64,000 nt of DNA, from positions 371 to 64,370 of the forward strand of contig JBGSVJ010000003.1 of assembly GCA_041753015.1 (NCBI GenBank), written 5' to 3'. A program made the position numbers and the translations under genes. Below, piece by piece: positions 1 through 9,448 of the stretch. Source of the stretch: Anaerolineae bacterium. GTDB lineage: Bacteria > Chloroflexota > Anaerolineae > Aggregatilineales > Phototrophicaceae. The first letter of the stretch is position 1, and every line of letters starts with the position of its first letter. The notes under the pieces were generated by a model, which saw only the letters and a program-made list of their open reading frames with translations, was not told the origin of the DNA and did no database searches.

Positions 1-885
1 AACGGGACATGATCCAGCAGCTGAAGCAGGACTACCCGATACAGGCGATCTGCCGGGCGTTGGATGTGCCGGTGAGCAGCGCCTATTATGTTTCATCCAA
101 GCGAGATGACGCGGATCTACTGGCAGCAACCGAGGCGGTGCTGCTGCGGTTTCCGTTCTATGGGTATCGCAAGCTGAGTAAGGCATTGCAGCGTGGTGGT
201 TTTCCCGCCGGTGAACACGTCGCTCGGCGACTGCTGCACCAGTTGGGCATGAGCCGCGCGGTCGGACAAGTACGCGTCCAGACGACCGACAGCCGTCACA
301 GCCACCCGCGTTATCCCAACCGTATTCGGGAACTCACGCTAAAAGCGGCTGACCAGGTGTGGGTCGGTGACATCACCTACATCCGCTTCGGCACCCGGTT
401 CTTGTATCTGGCGATGATCCTCGATGCCTACACCCGCGCCATTCGCGGTTGGGCACTCGGTCGCTCGCTGGCACAAGAATTGACGCTCAAAGCGCTGGAC
501 AAGGCGCTGGCGACGGGACACTGTCCCTTCATTTTTCATTCCGACCAAGGGTCGCAGTACGCGGCTTGGCTGCATACCGACCGTTTGTTGACACACGGCG
601 TCCACATCAGCATGTCCGACAAAGGCTGCCCGCAGCAGAACGGTATCGCCGAGCGTTTCATGCGCACCCTGAAAGAGGAACATGTCGATTACAGTGAGTA
701 CGAGGACTTTGATGATGCCCAGCGCCAGTTGCAGCACTGGCTCGAAGTGACCTACATGACCGAGCGTTTGCATCAGTCGTTGGATTATCTCACACCGGCG
801 GAGTTTGAGTTGGCGGCAGGCTCTCAAGCGTGCTACCCTACCTTATCTCCGGTCTAATTCCTTCCAGAAAAACCGCCGCACTACA
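1..885 (+). mobile_element. IS3-family insertion sequence, right part (orfA and left IR lie outside the window)
   Basis: OrfB followed by ...cttccagaaaaaccgccgcactaca; its reverse complement begins TGTAGTG, an IS3-type TG terminus. Confidence 0.8.
9..857 (+). CDS. IS3-family transposase OrfB (DDE integrase core)
   Basis: YGYRK HTH_21-like motif, WVGDITY, FHSDQGSQY, NGIAERFMRTLKEE and HQSLDYLTP motifs typical of IS3/IS150 OrfB. Confidence 0.95.
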   Translation: MIQQLKQDYPIQAICRALDVPVSSAYYVSSKRDDADLLAATEAVLLRFPFYGYRKLSKALQRGGFPAGEHVARRLLHQLGMSRAVGQVRVQTTDSRHSHPRYPNRIRELTLKAADQVWVGDITYIRFGTRFLYLAMILDAYTRAIRGWALGRSLAQELTLKALDKALATGHCPFIFHSDQGSQYAAWLHTDRLLTHGVHISMSDKGCPQQNGIAERFMRTLKEEHVDYSEYEDFDDAQRQLQHWLEVTYMTERLHQSLDYLTPAEFELAAGSQACYPTLSPV

Positions 886-929
886 CAGATCACTTGAAAC
901 AGCCGTCCTTGCGTTAACGCTTTTTCGTT

Positions 930-943
930 AGAATGCGTGTTCG
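930..943. promoter_or_regulatory. Putative LexA (SOS) box upstream of ssb
   Basis: AGAATGCGTGTTCG, one core mismatch to GAAC-N4-GTTC; extended -10 TGtTATACT at about 974-982. Confidence 0.45.
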
Positions 944-1060
944 CTTTTTATCTTTCCATCATGTGAAATTTCTGTTATACTGAGGGGAACTGCCGCACGA
1001 AAATCAGCCTATAAGCGAATTTGTCCAGACTAAACAGGCGGCAAGTAAAAGGGGTATCTG

Positions 1061-1480
1061 ATGGCGGGGTACATGCAGTGTACGATTGTCGGCAACGTGG
1101 GGCGTGATCCCAGTTTCAAGTATACCCCACAAGGGACAGCGGTCTGCGATTTCAGCGTCGCGGTGACTCGTAAATTCGGGTCTGGCGAGCAGCGGCAGGA
1201 AAAGACGACATGGTTCAAAGTCACCTGCTGGAATAAGCTGGCAGAGATCGCCAACCAGTACGTCCGCAAAGGAACGCCGCTCTTGGTTGTAGGCACAGTC
1301 GACGTATCGGCATACATGGATAAAAATAATCAGCCTCAAGCCTCGTTGGAACTGCGCGCCGATACCTTCCAGTTGTTGAGCGGCGGACGCGGCGAAGGCG
1401 ATGGTCAAGGCGGTTTTCAGCAGCAGGGCGGACAGGGGCAGTACAACCAGTCCGAGGACATCGACCAGATTCCGTTCTAG
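1061..1480 (+). CDS. ssb: Single-stranded DNA-binding protein
   Basis: VGNVGRDP OB-fold start, Gly/Gln linker, acidic tail DIDQIPF. Confidence 0.97.
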   Translation: MAGYMQCTIVGNVGRDPSFKYTPQGTAVCDFSVAVTRKFGSGEQRQEKTTWFKVTCWNKLAEIANQYVRKGTPLLVVGTVDVSAYMDKNNQPQASLELRADTFQLLSGGRGEGDGQGGFQQQGGQGQYNQSEDIDQIPF

Positions 1481-1525
1481 GGCTTGCCCCAGCACGGGTG
1501 ACGACACCTTTCCCGCTATGTACTA

Positions 1526-1619
1526 CTCCTCACCCCCTGCCCCTCTCCAACCGGAGGTTAGAGAGGGGAGAAAGAAAGTGCGCTGCTCCCCCTCTCTATC
1601 GCTTGCGATGGAGAGGGGC
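1526..1619. repeat. CCCTCTC...GAGAGGG palindromic intergenic repeat (family B), double hairpin
   Basis: cccctctccaaccggaggttagagagggg followed by ccccctctctatcgcttgcgatggagagggg. Confidence 0.75.
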
Positions 1620-1669
1620 AGACTCGCTATACTCTCCCTGATTGATGAACTTTCCTCACAGGGGGAGCT

Positions 1670-2926
1670 ATGCGCCGCGCTATCGTTGTTATCGCCGCTC
1701 TGCTGATCATCGCGCTCGTGTTGGGTGGTGTGGCGGCGCAGTCCCCATTTGAAATTCGCGTCTTCATCGACAATGAAAATTTGACCGTCTATATCCCCTC
1801 AAGCGGGTTGGTTTCGCTGCGCGGATTCGGTTTTCAAGTGCAGGTGAACGGGCAAACGCGCCTGTACGTGTTAGAGGAGTACGCCGCCTTCGGGATTCCC
1901 TTCGATCAACTGCCGACGCCCCTGTGTTTTCGCCTGCACAATTCCGGGGGACGGATTCCGCTCGCGCAAGCATGTAATGGCATCGTCACCCTGACACAAG
2001 AATTAGCTCCGGCGGATGTGTTCTGGTTCGATGCGGTAGCGGGGGTGTCACGGGCGCTGCTGTTGATGCAGGGTGATGTGCCGTTTGCGATTTGCGCGTC
2101 GGGGGCGAACGAGTGCTTGGCGACGTTCACGCCTCCGACGAACACGACTACACCTCAATTCACCGCGACGTCGAATGTTACTCCGACTCAATACCCGCGT
2201 TTTGAAGGCGCGAATACCGACTGGACGCCGCAGATCACGACAATTAATGGAATTGATGTCGCGTTGGTGCCTCCGGGATGCTTCACAATGGGTAGTGCGG
2301 ATTTTGAGGATGCGCCCCCGCATGAACAATGTATCGAAGAACCGTTTTACATTGGCGTAGCCGAAGTCACTAACGCGCAGTATGCTCAATGCATTGATTC
2401 CGGAGGGTGTACTCCCTTACCCGAGGATACTTACATTAGTGATTGGGAATATTCAAATCATCCTGTGATCTTCGTGGACTGGTTTCAATCACATAGTTTT
2501 GCTGAGTGGTGGGGCGGAAGATTGCCAACAGAGAGTGAGTGGGAGTACGCTGCGCGCGGCACAAGCAGTTGGATTTATCCTTGGGGAAATGACTGGTACG
2601 CCTATGTGAATGATAGACGTTCTGACTGGAATGAGTTTACCTCAGCCGTTGGAGCATTTCCCAATGGTAGCTCGTGGATTGGTGCATTAGATATGGCTGG
2701 TAATGTTTGGGAATGGGTTAGTTCTTTATATGTTGTATATCCATATAATCCTGATGACGGACGAGAATTAGATACAGAAAACAATATTGATCATAAACGA
2801 GTTGCGCGCGGTGGTTCTTGGTTTGACTCGGGTACTGCGCTTTTTCGCTCTTCATTACGTTTGGAAAACGAGCCAGATTTTAGGAGTGATGAAATTGGTT
2901 TCCGCGTGGCGCGGGACTACCCTTGA
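1670..2926 (+). CDS. Secreted formylglycine-generating enzyme (FGE-sulfatase/SUMF1, CLec-fold) domain protein
   Basis: Signal peptide, Pro/Thr linker, then FTMGS, EVTNAQY, RLPTESEWEYAARG, DMAGNVWEW, RGGSW and IGFRVAR motifs. Confidence 0.9.
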   Translation: MRRAIVVIAALLIIALVLGGVAAQSPFEIRVFIDNENLTVYIPSSGLVSLRGFGFQVQVNGQTRLYVLEEYAAFGIPFDQLPTPLCFRLHNSGGRIPLAQACNGIVTLTQELAPADVFWFDAVAGVSRALLLMQGDVPFAICASGANECLATFTPPTNTTTPQFTATSNVTPTQYPRFEGANTDWTPQITTINGIDVALVPPGCFTMGSADFEDAPPHEQCIEEPFYIGVAEVTNAQYAQCIDSGGCTPLPEDTYISDWEYSNHPVIFVDWFQSHSFAEWWGGRLPTESEWEYAARGTSSWIYPWGNDWYAYVNDRRSDWNEFTSAVGAFPNGSSWIGALDMAGNVWEWVSSLYVVYPYNPDDGRELDTENNIDHKRVARGGSWFDSGTALFRSSLRLENEPDFRSDEIGFRVARDYP

Positions 2927-2974
2927 CCCCGCGCCTCCCATCCCCTATACTTCGCCCTCACATCAGCAAGACAC

Positions 2975-3096
2975 TTTGCCGGGGACAGCAGGGGCGCGCA
3001 AGCGCTTAATTAACCTGCCGAGGTGAGGGGTAAGCAAACTTCATCACACGATGATTCTGCGACTCCTGCCTTCACGGCTGGAGTCGTTTTGTTTTT
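2975..3096 (+). ncRNA. Ribosomal protein L10 leader (autogenous control element)
   Basis: GACAGCAGG...TTAAT..CCTGCCGAGG core directly upstream of rplJ, followed by a terminator-like hairpin. Confidence 0.75.
3060..3096 (+). terminator. Attenuator terminator in the rplJ leader
   Basis: cgactcc-t-gcc ttcac ggc-t-ggagtcg hairpin followed by ttttgttttt. Confidence 0.7.
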
Positions 3097-3130
3097 GCAC
3101 CTCTCACGTTTTTTGAAAGGAGGAGGGCGC

Positions 3131-3691
3131 TTGGCAATTACACGGGAGCGCAAAGAAGAACTGCTCACGGAGTACGCCCGGATCCTCAGCGGAACCGATG
3201 GATTTATCGTGACCGAATATCGCGGTCTGTCCGTCGCCAAGTTGAATGATCTGCGCGATAAACTCCGCAGTCCCGCAGGCGGCTCGTACAGCATCACCAA
3301 GAACACGCTTTTCCGCATCGCCCTTGAGCGCACCGGCTGGGTTGTCCCCGCCGCGATGCTCGAAGGTCCGACGGCGGTTGTGTTCGGGAACGGGAATCTC
3401 CCGGCTGTGGCGAAAGTCGTACAGGATTGGCAGAAAACCAACGCTGAACTCTTCATCGTCAAAGGTGGAGTGATCGGCACATCGGTCTTTCAGGGTAAAG
3501 AACTCGACACGGTGGCGAACCTGCCAACGATGGACGAAATCCGCGCCCAACTTGCCGGTTTGATCGTTGCCCCGGCATCGCAGTTGGCAGGCTTGTTACA
3601 GGCGGCGACCTCACAGATCGTCAACGTCTTGCAAGCGCTGGAAGATAAGCACAACACGCCGGAAGAAGCAGCCGCAGAAGCAGCCGCTTAG
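3131..3691 (+). CDS. rplJ: 50S ribosomal protein L10
   Basis: TTG start after AGGAGG; EYRGLSVAKL, KNTLFRIAL, LPTMDEIRAQL motifs; upstream of L7/L12. Confidence 0.96.
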   Translation: MAITRERKEELLTEYARILSGTDGFIVTEYRGLSVAKLNDLRDKLRSPAGGSYSITKNTLFRIALERTGWVVPAAMLEGPTAVVFGNGNLPAVAKVVQDWQKTNAELFIVKGGVIGTSVFQGKELDTVANLPTMDEIRAQLAGLIVAPASQLAGLLQAATSQIVNVLQALEDKHNTPEEAAAEAAA

Positions 3692-3751
3692 TTCGACCTG
3701 TACACGTTTGAATTTGAACCTCAACACGATTAACGAAAGGATGCCAAACAA

Positions 3752-4156
3752 ATGGCAGCAAATCTGGATCAACTGGTTGCAGACCTCAGCGCGCTCACCA
3801 TTATGGAAGCGTCGGAACTCAAGAAGCGCCTTGAAGAGGCGTGGGGTGTTACGGCGTCGAGCGGCGGCGGCATGATGATGATGGCGGCTGGCGCTGGCGC
3901 GGCTGCGGCGGCTCCGGCGGAACCCGTCGAAGAACCGACCGAATTCAACGTCATCCTCAAGGACGTCGGTCCCAAGAAGATCGACGTGATTAAGGAAGTC
4001 CGCAAGGTCACCAACCTCGGCTTGAAAGAAGCCAAGGACTTGGTCGAAGGCGCTCCGGCGACCGTTCTCGAAGCGGTCAGCAAGGACAAATCCGCCGAAG
4101 CCAAGAGCATCCTCGAAGCCGTTGGCGCGGTCATCGAAATCAAGGCTGTGGTCTAA
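3752..4156 (+). CDS. rplL: 50S ribosomal protein L7/L12
   Basis: Ala-rich hinge, [24 protein letters not shown]. Confidence 0.98.
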   Translation: MAANLDQLVADLSALTIMEASELKKRLEEAWGVTASSGGGMMMMAAGAGAAAAAPAEPVEEPTEFNVILKDVGPKKIDVIKEVRKVTNLGLKEAKDLVEGAPATVLEAVSKDKSAEAKSILEAVGAVIEIKAVV

Positions 4157-4171
4157 GACTTACGGCAGCAG

Positions 4172-4208
4172 TCAAAAAAGGGCGTGGGCGATTCCATGCC
4201 CTTTTTGA
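4172..4208. terminator. Bidirectional intrinsic terminator after rplL
   Basis: aaaaaagggcgtgg-loop-ccatgcccttttt. Confidence 0.85.
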
Positions 4209-4254
4209 TTCCGGTACAATCGAGTTGTTCGTTTCTGCCGAGAGGACTCCGCGT

Positions 4255-5037
4255 ATGCGCCGCTTAATTCCCGCGCTGCTGTTCTGCTTGATCGCCGTTT
4301 CCGCCTCTGCACAGGAGGATGGTGTTTTCGGCGATGTGGTGATTCGCTGCAATGATGCCGATGCTGAAGTCTTGGCAAGCATCCGTTTTCAGCAGACCGG
4401 CACCCTTGCGCATTATGTCGTGCAGGTGTACGGGTTGGATGGGTTGCAGCCCGCCTTCGCTTGGCAGACCACGCTTGAGAATGATCTTGAGCCGTGTCGC
4501 GAAGGTATTCCGGTGGACGGCGTGACAATTACGCTTGGTGATGAGACGATCAGCGAAGGCGTACAGCGCGCGGAACTCACCATCGACACGGATACGGATT
4601 ACGGAACGATCAGCATTGCTTTCGCCAGTTTGAACGGCACGCGCGGACGTTTCATCGCGTTTGTAGAGGGGTTCACGCTGGAAACGCCGGAAGATCAATA
4701 TCAAGTTGAGTTGGACGCGGGCGCGTATGCAATCGCGGAGACGCCGCTGCTGCTGTATATGCTCAAGACCGACCCGGACAGCCGCCTTGATCCGCACATC
4801 GAAATCCCCGCAAATGAGCAAATCTGCGATGATGCGGGGCGGCGCGGCTGCGAAAATGTCCCGTATGCGGATGAGTATGCCATCGCGGACGGTGCGATCC
4901 AGCTATCCGGCGGTCGTTTTGATGCGGGCTATCAAATTGCGGTGGGCGATCTGAACGCCTATGCGCTGTTGGTCGGCAGTCGCGGCGGGCGCACGAGCGG
5001 ATCATATGCGCTCATGCTTGTCGGCGCGATCCCGTGA
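4255..5037 (+). CDS. Hypothetical secreted acidic protein
   Basis: Signal peptide ending ASA-Q; beta-rich, acidic, CDDAGRRGC motif; no family recognised. Confidence 0.7.
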   Translation: MRRLIPALLFCLIAVSASAQEDGVFGDVVIRCNDADAEVLASIRFQQTGTLAHYVVQVYGLDGLQPAFAWQTTLENDLEPCREGIPVDGVTITLGDETISEGVQRAELTIDTDTDYGTISIAFASLNGTRGRFIAFVEGFTLETPEDQYQVELDAGAYAIAETPLLLYMLKTDPDSRLDPHIEIPANEQICDDAGRRGCENVPYADEYAIADGAIQLSGGRFDAGYQIAVGDLNAYALLVGSRGGRTSGSYALMLVGAIP

Positions 5038-5043
5038 GGGCAT

Positions 5044-5109
5044 CAACGCGAAGGCGCAAGGGCGCAAAGATGTCTGCGTTTTTCTTTGCGGCTTCGCGTC
5101 TTTGCGTTG
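5044..5109. repeat. 9-nt-periodic inverted repeat element (family C)
   Basis: caacgcgaaggcgcaagggcgcaaag ... ctttgcggcttcgcgtctttgcgttg between convergent genes. Confidence 0.75.
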
Positions 5110-5120
5110 GCGTTTTTATC

Positions 5121-5852
5121 TTAAAGCGGGTAGACGTTGATGCCGAGCGCCCCCGCGATCGCCACGATCAGCGGCGCGATCACGAGCGCGGGTAGAAAGT
5201 TCGCCATGCGCGGGCGCTTGATCTCCAGCAGCACGAGCGATAAGCCCATCAGCATCAGCCCGCCGACCGCCGTCATCTCATTGATCATCGGTGTCGTCAG
5301 CACTGCACCGAGCATACTCCCGATCACCGCAAGTCCGCCTTGAATCACCAAGATCGTGACTAGTGTGAACATCACGCCCAGTCCGAAACTTGCCGCAAAC
5401 GCGACCGCCGCGAAGCCGTCGAGCACACTTTTGATCGCCAACTGCTGGTAGCCAATCGCTAACCCCATACCGTCTTGCATCGAGCCGACGAACGTGAGCG
5501 GACCGATACAAAAGACCAGCGAAGCCGTCACAAATCCGGTGATGAAGCGCGCCCGCGAGTCGGCGTTTGTGCCGCTGCCGCCGCCAAAGCGTTTTTGCAG
5601 CCAGCCGCCGAACCGTTCCAGTTTGCTGTCGAGATCAAGCAGTTCACCGATGATCACGCCCGAAACAAGGCTGATCAACGGGATGATGATATTCCCGGTT
5701 TGTCCGGCATTGCTCACGCCGACGAACAGCGTCACCAAGCCCAGCCCGGTGATCACGCTCTGCTGGATTTTTTGAGGGAGACGGTCGCCGATCACCAGCC
5801 CGATGAGGCTGCCGATGGCGACCGTGATCATGTTGAGGAGTGTACCGCCCAA
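5121..5852 (-). CDS. DUF554 family membrane protein
   Basis: GTLLN start, GFVTASLVFCIGP, KSVLDGF and ANFLPAL motifs; multi-TM. Confidence 0.9.
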   Translation of the reverse strand: MGGTLLNMITVAIGSLIGLVIGDRLPQKIQQSVITGLGLVTLFVGVSNAGQTGNIIIPLISLVSGVIIGELLDLDSKLERFGGWLQKRFGGGSGTNADSRARFITGFVTASLVFCIGPLTFVGSMQDGMGLAIGYQQLAIKSVLDGFAAVAFAASFGLGVMFTLVTILVIQGGLAVIGSMLGAVLTTPMINEMTAVGGLMLMGLSLVLLEIKRPRMANFLPALVIAPLIVAIAGALGINVYPL

Positions 5853-5920
5853 GATGGACTCCGATGGATTGAAAGCTAAATGGGCGGCAATTCTAGCGTG
5901 CCTCAGCGAGAATGCGATGG

Positions 5921-7639
5921 CTACCGTATTCGCCGCTCGCCGCCGCCGCTGCCGAGCTTGGGCGTGCGCGGGGGCGGAGTCTCGTCATCGCCGCTCTTTG
6001 CAAGGCGGATCGGCTGTCCGCTGATGTCGCCTTCAATCGCTTGATAAAACTTCTCGTCATACGTGCGCGTCTTGACCACGACAGGCATTGGCACGGCATG
6101 ACCCATGATGATCGCCTGCTGTTTGGTATCCAAACGCGCCAGCACTTCACGCAAGCCCGCCGCGCCGTTGATCCCGGTCAAAACGGCGGCAATATCGCGC
6201 TCGTTATCGAGCAGCGCGGTGATGCGCGTCCCGATCTGGCTCATGACTTCTTCGTCAATCCCGCTCGGTCGCTGATCGACGATCATCAGCGTGACCTTGT
6301 ACTTGCGCAGTTCACGCGCAATCGTCCCGAAGATCGTTTGACTGGCGATGCGCGGATCAAGGAATTTGTGCGCTTCTTCGATCACGATCAGCAGTTGATT
6401 CGGTTCAAGTCCCGCGTCACCGAGCGCGCGTTCGACTTTATCGACATAATGCTCATGGATGCGGCGTGTTAAGTAGTTGGCGACGAGGATATACGCCTCG
6501 ACCGAGTTGCCGTAGCGCCCGAATTCCAACACGACGCTTTTGCCCTGCTCAATGTGCGTGATCACATTGCGCACGCTGTCTCCGGCGGACTGCTCAACCA
6601 GAAAGCCCCACTTACGGAAGCGCTGGATGCGCCGCTGAAGCCCTTGCAGTGTGCCGACCCGCACGGGGGTGGTCGCTTCGATCTCGTCAAAGTCTTCGTT
6701 GGTCGCGTCGATCAGCTTGCCGATCCAATTGCCTTTCCACTTTCCGCGCAGCGTGCGCGCCGCGTCGAGCATGGCATCGGTGAAGCCCATCGTCTCGCGC
6801 AGCATTTCGAGGTCTTCCGGCTCAACCTCGTCATAGCCGATTACGACATCAAAATCGCGCCGCGATCCTGCGCCGCGCTTGATCGTCGATGCCGGGTCAA
6901 GTGTAGCGAGGCTGACACGATCCCCTAAAAGCTGCTTCAGCCCTTTCGAGTTTGCGCCGCGTTCGTCCACAACTGCCCAACCGTAGTCGTTGTGCATGTC
7001 GAAGATCAACGCACACGCTTGATCGCGGGCGATGATCCCGGCGAGCATCAAGCGTGTGAGAAAACTTTTGCCCGTGCCGCTTTTGCCGAAGATTCCGATT
7101 GAGCGCTCGACTAAGCGCTTCAGGTTCAGGTTGATCTGCGTCTGGTCGAGTTCAAGCGGCGACCCGACGTTAAAATGCACTTTGTCTTCGACGCCAAAGA
7201 CCGCGTTCACATCGTCCACCGTCGCGTTCATCACGTCGGTGAAGTGCGCGGGGATCGTCTTGACGGGTTTAGGCGTGCCGTCGTCATCGATGACCAGCAT
7301 CGGTTGCGCGTGAATTTTTCCGAACACCGCGTATCCTTGATAAATATCGCGGAAAAACGCATCGCTGATGTCCGGTGGGGTGTTCTGAATCTCAGGGTTG
7401 CTGTTATCCAGCACAATATCGGTGATCATGCAGAAGAAGCGGCGTTTATCGCCGTGTACCACAATATAGCGCCCAACCGCGAGTTCTTCGATGCTCTGGT
7501 GCGCTTCGAGCTTGATCACCAACCCTTTGCTCAGTGATCCGCCGACCACGACGCCGATCTTTTGCGAGACTTGCACGCCGAAAAAAGCGTCAGGGTCGCG
7601 CAGCGCGGTAGTACTCCGTTTCGTAAGCGGCTGGCTCAT
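5921..7639 (-). CDS. herA: HerA-family helicase/ATPase (HAS barrel + FtsK/HerA motor)
   Basis: N-terminal HAS-barrel-like region, Walker A GKSGTGKS, Walker B IVIEEAH, ARELRKY and QRPS; nurA nearby. Confidence 0.88.
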   Translation of the reverse strand: MSQPLTKRSTTALRDPDAFFGVQVSQKIGVVVGGSLSKGLVIKLEAHQSIEELAVGRYIVVHGDKRRFFCMITDIVLDNSNPEIQNTPPDISDAFFRDIYQGYAVFGKIHAQPMLVIDDDGTPKPVKTIPAHFTDVMNATVDDVNAVFGVEDKVHFNVGSPLELDQTQINLNLKRLVERSIGIFGKSGTGKSFLTRLMLAGIIARDQACALIFDMHNDYGWAVVDERGANSKGLKQLLGDRVSLATLDPASTIKRGAGSRRDFDVVIGYDEVEPEDLEMLRETMGFTDAMLDAARTLRGKWKGNWIGKLIDATNEDFDEIEATTPVRVGTLQGLQRRIQRFRKWGFLVEQSAGDSVRNVITHIEQGKSVVLEFGRYGNSVEAYILVANYLTRRIHEHYVDKVERALGDAGLEPNQLLIVIEEAHKFLDPRIASQTIFGTIARELRKYKVTLMIVDQRPSGIDEEVMSQIGTRITALLDNERDIAAVLTGINGAAGLREVLARLDTKQQAIIMGHAVPMPVVVKTRTYDEKFYQAIEGDISGQPIRLAKSGDDETPPPRTPKLGSGGGERRIR

Positions 7640-7681
7640 CCGTATTGCTCCTCAAAAATCGCTCGTGAGTGGTACAAGTAT

Positions 7682-7695
7682 AGCACAAATTTTCT
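7682..7695. promoter_or_regulatory. Putative LexA-like box at the herA promoter
   Basis: AGCACAAATTTTCT (degenerate) abutting a minus-strand TATACT -10. Confidence 0.35.
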
Positions 7696-7781
7696 GATTT
7701 TGACACTTCTCATCTGCCCCAAAGGATAGGGTGAGAAACTGTGATCATGTCTTGTAACTCGTTGGATAGGAATCATAACCG

Positions 7782-8735
7782 ATGCTGCGAAAACTTGCTC
7801 TGGTAAGTCTGATCCTTCTGCTCACTGGCACCGTGATTCGCGCGCAAGTTGGCACGAACGAACCATTTGATCCGCCGACCTGCGGACAGCCGTCGCCCGT
7901 TCCGGTGGGCGAACTCGTCGAGCGCGAAATCGACATCAATGATTTGATCCGCTCGTATCTGCTGTATGTGCCAACGGGGTACGATCCGAATGTGCCTACG
8001 CCGCTTGTAGTGAGCTTGCATGGCTTCGCCTCCAACCCATCTCAGCAGGACGCCGCCAGCCAATGGAGCGCTTTAGCCGAAGAAGAAAACTTCCTTGTCG
8101 TGTACCCACAGGGGACAGGGTTTCCGCTGCGGTGGAATGTGGGTTATGCGGGCGTAGACAGCAGCGTGGACGATGTTTCATTCGTCGAAGCGCTGATCGC
8201 CTTCCTGTTTTACGACTTCTGCCTTGATTCCAGCCGCGTCTACGTCAACGGCTTTTCAAACGGGGCGGGAATGACGCACCGGATCGCGTGTGAGATTCCT
8301 CACCGGATCGCGGCGGTTGGCATGATGAGCGGCGCATATCCGCTGATCGACAGCGCATGCGAAGCCATTTATTGGGCAGCACCGCGCACGATTCCTGTGA
8401 TTGCCTTTCACGGCACGGCTGATCCGGTTGTCCCCTACGAAGGCGGGGAATTTATGGACGCCGGACTGCCGTCGATTGTGGAGTGGGCGGACTCATGGGC
8501 GGCGCGGAACGGATGCGCTTCCGACGAACCACTGGAGACGGTCGGCGGGGTGAGTGGAGTCCGTCATACGGACTGCGAAGGCGGCGCGGATGTGGTGTTT
8601 TATACGATCGCCGATGGGGGACACCAATGGACGGGTGGCGGCGAGTTCCCGGCATTTATCGTCGGTGAAATGAACCGCGATGTCAGCGCCACCGAGTTGA
8701 TGTGGGAATTCTTCAGCGCGCACCCGCTGAACTAG
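7782..8735 (+). CDS. Secreted PHB depolymerase/LpqC-like esterase
   Basis: Signal peptide, VVSLHG, GFSNGA nucleophile elbow, HGTADPVVP, GGHQW. Confidence 0.9.
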   Translation: MLRKLALVSLILLLTGTVIRAQVGTNEPFDPPTCGQPSPVPVGELVEREIDINDLIRSYLLYVPTGYDPNVPTPLVVSLHGFASNPSQQDAASQWSALAEEENFLVVYPQGTGFPLRWNVGYAGVDSSVDDVSFVEALIAFLFYDFCLDSSRVYVNGFSNGAGMTHRIACEIPHRIAAVGMMSGAYPLIDSACEAIYWAAPRTIPVIAFHGTADPVVPYEGGEFMDAGLPSIVEWADSWAARNGCASDEPLETVGGVSGVRHTDCEGGADVVFYTIADGGHQWTGGGEFPAFIVGEMNRDVSATELMWEFFSAHPLN

Positions 8736-8743
8736 ACCACTTT

Positions 8744-8798
8744 TTGAACCGCAGAGGACGCATAGAAAAGTTTCTTCTTTGTGTTCTTTGTGGTTCAA
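8744..8798. repeat. Family C inverted repeat
   Basis: ttgaaccgcagaggacgcatag ... ctttgtgttctttgtggttcaa. Confidence 0.75.
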
Positions 8799-8809
8799 GC
8801 CTTTTTGTT

Positions 8810-9418
8810 TTACGGCTTGATCAGCGCGAGTACATGGCTCAAGCGCTTCAAGTCATTCGAAAGCAACATCGCCAGCTTGCGACCGCTGTTCACACGGAAC
8901 TGATAGCGCTCGTCATCCGGGTAGGCGTAACTGGCGTAATTCAGCGCCGCCGCGATCAACTCATCGCTGGGGACTTCTTTCGCATTCAGGATCAGCCGGA
9001 AGAAGTCGGCGCGCTGGGTGAACTCATACACCTCATCCGCCGTACACAACTCGACTTCGCTCAAGCTCAACGGTGGGCGCGGCGGCAGACTTTGCACCAT
9101 CACCCCGTTAAAGCGGTAGCCGATATTGATCACGCCGATTTCGACCGGAACCATGCGATTTTCGCGCTGGTCGATCAGTGCCACATTATCGACCACGCTT
9201 GCCATGACCAGTTCACGCGCCAGCGCATCATCATCAATGCGGATCGCGTGGATCAAGCCAACGGCGATGACCGCCTCATCATCGGTGATCGGTACTTTGA
9301 CGAACGAGCCGAAGGTGTGCTTATCGTCGATTTTGCTGCTGCGCGTCCCACAGTCGAACCCGGTTGTACTGGCGCGGAGCACCCGCCCAACCACATGACG
9401 CTTTTCGTTGATGACCAT
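8810..9418 (-). CDS. Stand-alone HAS-barrel domain protein (NurA/HerA-associated)
   Basis: VGRVLRASTTGF, FGSFVKV, GLIHAIRIDDD, LPPRPP pattern; directly downstream of nurA. Confidence 0.7.
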   Translation of the reverse strand: MVINEKRHVVGRVLRASTTGFDCGTRSSKIDDKHTFGSFVKVPITDDEAVIAVGLIHAIRIDDDALARELVMASVVDNVALIDQRENRMVPVEIGVINIGYRFNGVMVQSLPPRPPLSLSEVELCTADEVYEFTQRADFFRLILNAKEVPSDELIAAALNYASYAYPDDERYQFRVNSGRKLAMLLSNDLKRLSHVLALIKP

Positions 9419-9448
9419 ATTTGCTCTCCCTCTCTTTCATGCGGGGGC

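Noticed and set aside
1670-2926. Complete diversity-generating retroelement
   Set aside because: No reverse transcriptase, avd or template repeat found by eye in the window; kept only as a possible remote target
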